Origin: Amoebidium appalachense
Lineage: Eukaryota; Protista; Ichthyosporea
Direction of reading: 5' to 3'
Assembly: GCA_963693365.1 (NCBI GenBank)
Contig: CAVNZM010000011.1
Span: 6,839,921-6,903,920 of the forward strand
DNA: 64,000 nucleotides
This document shows positions 59,459 to 64,000 of the stretch, one piece after another. Numbering within the stretch: the first letter of the stretch is position 1; each line of letters opens with the position of its first letter. The notes below the pieces were generated by a model, which was given only the letters and a program-made list of their open reading frames with translations, had not been told where the DNA came from and did no database searches. A program made the translations under genes and the position numbers.

Positions 59459-60112
59459 GTGCTGTTTATTAACGACATGTAGGTGAGCTGAAATGATTTG
59501 TTTTCGGCACCAAGGCCAACAGTACTTCCACCCAACAGGATATACATGTAAAAAATCAGTGTTACACTTACATCATACAAATTTCAAGTGGATATAACGT
59601 ATCAAATAGACATCATATGTGTAGATATACCGTTTTTTTTTTTTTTAAAAAAAAATATTTAAGGAAATTCACGAAGAACTTGGCATTTGAAGCTCTCAGA
59701 TGTTTTTACGGGGATAATACTGCCACATATCTAGTTAGATTCAAAATTTTAAGTTCTCCAGAATACTGATACAATATTTCAATATGTGTGTTCGTGTTGA
59801 AATTGATACATGTGTGGCATCGGTGCATCCGATGATGCAACATCCATATGCGCACACGCTTCAGAATTTGTCACATGTACATAATATTTCGTGCATGCCA
59901 ATTGTGTGGCCCCAGACCTGTGTGCGGCTGTTTTGTTTAGGTGCGTGTCCGTCAGGAACGCATACATTTGCCTATACCTGTATGAGGTGTTTGGGGAAGA
60001 AGGAGAGAAAATGGCGATTCTGCATGTGTGCTTGCATGTGTGCATGTGTGTTGTTATAACATATTATGTGTGTGCTTTTGGGGACGGAAATGGGGATTGG
60101 AGGGGGGGGAGA

Positions 60113-60146
<34 letters not shown>

Positions 60147-60376
60147 TCCTCCGGGGGGGGAGGGGGGGGGGGGAAGGGAAGGGGGGGGGGGGGAGCAATA
60201 AACTTCCATAGAGAGAGAGAGAGAGAGAAAGAGAGAGCGTGGGAGGGGTGTGTGTGTGTGGGGGGGGGGGGGGGGGGGGGGAGGGAGGGAGAAAGAGAAA
60301 GAGTTAATAGCTCAGAGGAGAGAGAGGGGGGGGGGGGGGGGGGGAGAGAGAGAGAGAGCCTCAGAGAGGAGATAGT

Positions 60377-60425
<49 letters not shown>

Positions 60426-60616
60426 AGAGGGGGGAGGGGGAGAGAGAGAGTGCCTGACTGAGAGCCTCGGGGAGGAGGGGGCGGGGGGGGGGGGGGGGGG
60501 GGGGGGGGGGGAGGGGAGAGAGAGAGAGAGAGAGAGAGAGAGACGGCGAGAGAGAGAGGGAGGGAGAGAGAGGGAGAGAGATAGAGAAAGGCGGGGAGAG
60601 AGAGAGGGAGAGGGAC

Positions 60617-60705
<89 letters not shown>

Positions 60706-60738
60706 GAGAGAGATAGAGAGAGGGGGGGGGGGGGGGGG

Positions 60739-60771
<33 letters not shown>

Positions 60772-61146
60772 GATTGTGTGTGTGTATGCGTGTGTGAGAG
60801 AGGGAGAGAGTGAGGGAGCTCGAGGGAGGGAGGGAGGGAAAGATGCCATTGAATACTGCTGGGGGCCAGAGAGCCTCGGAGCGAGAACTTGAAAAGGGGA
60901 AAGGGATGGTTGCGAGACTGTCTGAATGGCCGAAAATCTGGAGAGGGAGCTCGAGCCGAAAGGAAACTACAATAGATAATATAAGGGAATGCAAGGGGAC
61001 AGCTCCAGACTCCAAATTATCCACTGTGGGCATGAACACGGCACTCCGTAGAAAGAAGAAAGAATTTGGGGGGGGGATGTGCTGTTTATTAACGACATGT
61101 AGGTGAGCTGTGATGAGTTGTAATGTTGGCACCAAGGCCAACAGTA
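59459..61146. repeat. dispersed repeat of about 65-120 nt, two direct copies (59459-59524, 61079-61146) and an inverted partial copy at 1-21
   Basis: Identical 32-mer gtgctgtttattaacgacatgtaggtgagctg followed by ggcaccaaggccaacagta. The window start cacagctcacctacttgtcgt is its reverse complement with one mismatch. Confidence 0.75.
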
Positions 61147-61215
61147 TTTGTGTAGTCCGGCGCACGTGGAGCTCGGCGACCCGGCCCGCATTTCATAATC
61201 ACGCCCACATGTACC

Positions 61216-61251
<36 letters not shown>

Positions 61252-61350
61252 ACACATCGCAGAGAACAAGCACGGGCACACATGTTTTGGTACCTGGGCA
61301 CTTTTCGCATGCATTGCACACACACTCCATGAGTTGTAGTAGGGTGGATG

Positions 61351-61392
<42 letters not shown>

Positions 61393-63055
61393 GCAGCCTG
61401 AGGGGCACTACTAACATTACTTTGTGCATGCAGATGCAGGCGAACTACGTAGCGGCACTTTGCCAAAGTTTCTGGTACTGGTGCACGTGTTTACTCTGCA
61501 GCGCGGTTGCGTTATGTTTTGTGGTGCGTTCCGAACCAATCATCTCGTAAGATCTTCACCGATCGGATTGGTTATTAGATTGTTTGTTTATGATGTCTAC
61601 CAATTAATATCTCCGCTGGAACAAAGCAGATCTGCACAAATAATCAACGGTCAGTCCCCCCCTAGGTGTGTGCCAGTGCCTCCCCCACTAGCACAAATAT
61701 GCGCAAATGTTACAACAGTAATACAACTGGTAGTCCAACCGGCGCTGTGAAGCTTCATACAAGCCTATATAAGTAAATGTAAACTGCATATATACGATCA
61801 AATTCACCTTATAATTAGTTTTTTGACTTTATTTGGTGCCTACTGTCTAACAGGCTCTCCATAGAATAGGCTCTCACACGTGGCAGTAGATCTATTTCTT
61901 CATCCAAAGGATCCAATAGCTACAAAGATCTAGCACAGCAACCTCCAATTACTATGCTTTCACACCAGGGTTCGATAATTGTTTCTCTTTAAACCATAAC
62001 CCACGTGCACAGGCTTTGGCGGGCCCCTAAGAAGCTTACTTGTGCCATTCTCCTCACGCGTTGCCATGGAGTTGGATGGGTCAACAACTTGACCCGGCAG
62101 TGTTGGAGAGGCAGGCGCCAACGCTGCGTCAATCGCTACAAACTGAGTGAAAGATGAGGTGACACAAAGACACACCACATAGCCACCGCTAGCGAGATCG
62201 ACCTGCGGACGCCTATTGCAAGCGTGTTTGGAGACTTTGGACGCGCGGCGCCGCCAAGTTCGTAACACGTACGGTTTACTTCTACACATTTTCAACATGC
62301 AAGGCTTTCTTCTCTTCGATGACGGTCTATTGATCAGCGACACATCACTGTGACATCTTCATGATCAACTCATCATTATCAAACAACAACAAACGTGAAA
62401 ATCTTACAGCTATTTAGACCGAGCACTGGGTGCGCATGCTGGAAAGCCATCGTCACCGCGCTTTTTCTTGTTTCGCTGTCTTATGCATCCCGTGCGGAGT
62501 CCGCGGACTCTGCCGTCTCTGCGCCGTCTGAGTCTGCGGAGTGCATCAGTGATGAGTGAGCTTACGAGTCACTGAACATATATACTGTATACAACAAAGT
62601 CGTGTTGTTTTGTTTCTGTGCAAACAGATTCAGCTGAATGTCTCGAACGACATGAAGGGTCTTAGACTTGCAACTGAAGACTCGGCGACGAAGCGCTTTA
62701 TACGCATTTAATTTGGACGGTTCCCTTTCAACCGTTCCCCGGCTGCGCTAATGGCTACGATCATGCATATGTGCTGGTGCACGCGCTTCATGTGACACGT
62801 TGCCGAAGCTCACAATGCCCGAGGACAGCTATAAGAGCCTGATCATGCACTTTGGCTCAGGTACCCACCTTCAAAGTTCTTGTTGGGACACGACGAAAGT
62901 CTTTGATACCGTGGATTTTTTACAAACTTGAACTGGTCAACAACATCTGGTTCAAACGGTGTGCCATATTTGTATTTGTCACGCAACCCACCTCTTTCCC
63001 CCCCTTCCTTCTTTTTTCTGCCAAACTCTTAATTAAAAAAAAAAAAAAAAAGAAA

Positions 63056-63925
63056 ATGCCGTCCCTTCTGACAAGTCTGGCAGCCATTGCCGTGGCCTTC
63101 ACCTCGTCTTCGGTCGACGGCGCAGCCACAAAACCAAAAACAACCACCAAAAAGGTAACCACTGCCCGCACGGAAGTTCCCTCCGGCTGCCCAGCCGGAA
63201 CACGCAAGCTTCTATCCGCGGATTTTGACGGTCACTCTCGTGGAGGCTACTCGAGCAGCGAACTGAACAGCGATTTCCCCGGAACATTTGCCATCAACAA
63301 TAAGTATGAGCTCGTCGAACTGGTCGCGGACGGGAACGGAGGCAACGCGCTCCGTCACCGCCACCGTAGCGGGTGCGCTGGCGGTAACTGCGGGATGTGG
63401 TTTCAAACGAAACTGCCTGAGCAAGTCGACACCGTTTACTACTCTTTCCGTTTGAAGTTTGTCGGCGACGGGTTCGATTTCCGAAAGGGAGGGAAACTCC
63501 CCGGGGTCTGCGGCGGAACGTGCAACGCCGGGCACAGGAAGCCTAACGGACACGACGGGTGGAGCGTGCGCGAGATGTGGGGAGGGAGGGGTGACCGGGC
63601 GTGGCTTGAAAACTACGTCTACCACGCAGGTCAACCCGGGGCGAAAGGAGAAGGTTTTTTCTGGTCGAAGGAGGTCCGGCCGGACAATTGGTACAATCTG
63701 CGCGTCAAGGTGGATATGAATTCCCCCGGGAGGTCGGACGGCACCGTGGAGGCGTGGTTGGATGGGGATAAGGTTTTGTCTGCCGACGGGATGAAGTTTA
63801 GGTCTACTGGCTCGCTCAAAATTGAATACTTCCAGTTTTCGAACTTCTACGGTGGCGAGGATTCGTCTTGGGCTCCTCATGGCGACCAGTACATGGATTT
63901 TGATGATTTCCTTGTGTGTGGATAA
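63056..63925 (+). CDS. secreted polysaccharide lyase, PL14-like (alginate/glucuronan lyase), 289 aa, intronless
   Basis: Signal peptide MPSLLTSLAAIAVAFTSSSVDG and Thr/Lys linker, then PL14 motifs YYSFRLKF..GFDFRKGGKLPG.CGG, GWSVREMW, YVYH, W.....V.MNSPG..DG.VEAWLDG, FSNFYGG..SSWAP. TAA ending at 63925. Confidence 0.88.
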   Translation: MPSLLTSLAAIAVAFTSSSVDGAATKPKTTTKKVTTARTEVPSGCPAGTRKLLSADFDGHSRGGYSSSELNSDFPGTFAINNKYELVELVADGNGGNALRHRHRSGCAGGNCGMWFQTKLPEQVDTVYYSFRLKFVGDGFDFRKGGKLPGVCGGTCNAGHRKPNGHDGWSVREMWGGRGDRAWLENYVYHAGQPGAKGEGFFWSKEVRPDNWYNLRVKVDMNSPGRSDGTVEAWLDGDKVLSADGMKFRSTGSLKIEYFQFSNFYGGEDSSWAPHGDQYMDFDDFLVCG

Positions 63926-64000
63926 AGGATTATAAACAATGTGGGGCCGGTAGCGCTAGCATAGTGTGTGTCAGTATGTGTGTGCCACCTATGCGTATTA

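Noticed and set aside
61500-62400. Non-repetitive region with a 127-aa minus ORF (61960-62343)
   Set aside because: Non-ATG start, no recognisable domain, and the other frames are broken by stops.
62852-63055. N-terminal extension of the lyase ORF
   Set aside because: It starts at TTG and crosses a poly-A tract. ATG 63056 directly precedes a signal peptide.

Overview
Eukaryotic nuclear DNA with GT-AG spliceosomal introns, very rich in (CA)n, (GA)n and poly-C/G tracts. Most of the ORF track is microsatellite noise. A Golgin-45 homologue suggests a holozoan, possibly unicellular (inference). I reconstructed by hand a 20-exon Na+/H+ exchanger (CPA1, NHE8-like, +, 8632-28049, about 727 aa) and an approximately 12-exon giant Golgin-45/BLZF1-like gene (-, 43244-56487). 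The window also holds three intronless paralogues plus fragments of a secreted 26-Cys tri-repeat glycoprotein family (29.4-40.6 kb) with shared CCAAT/TATA promoters, an intronless secreted CX3C peptide precursor, an intronless PL14-type polysaccharide lyase, an orphan mitoribosomal bL34 exon, a decayed chromodomain integrase and several MITEs. The most unusual signal is a recurrent set of exon echoes: partial tandem copies of exon ends with their splice sites, lying in adjacent introns and differing from the working exon mostly at synonymous third-codon positions. Three of them could be phase-symmetric 39-nt micro-exons. Gene models have no RNA support, and homopolymer lengths may be unreliable.
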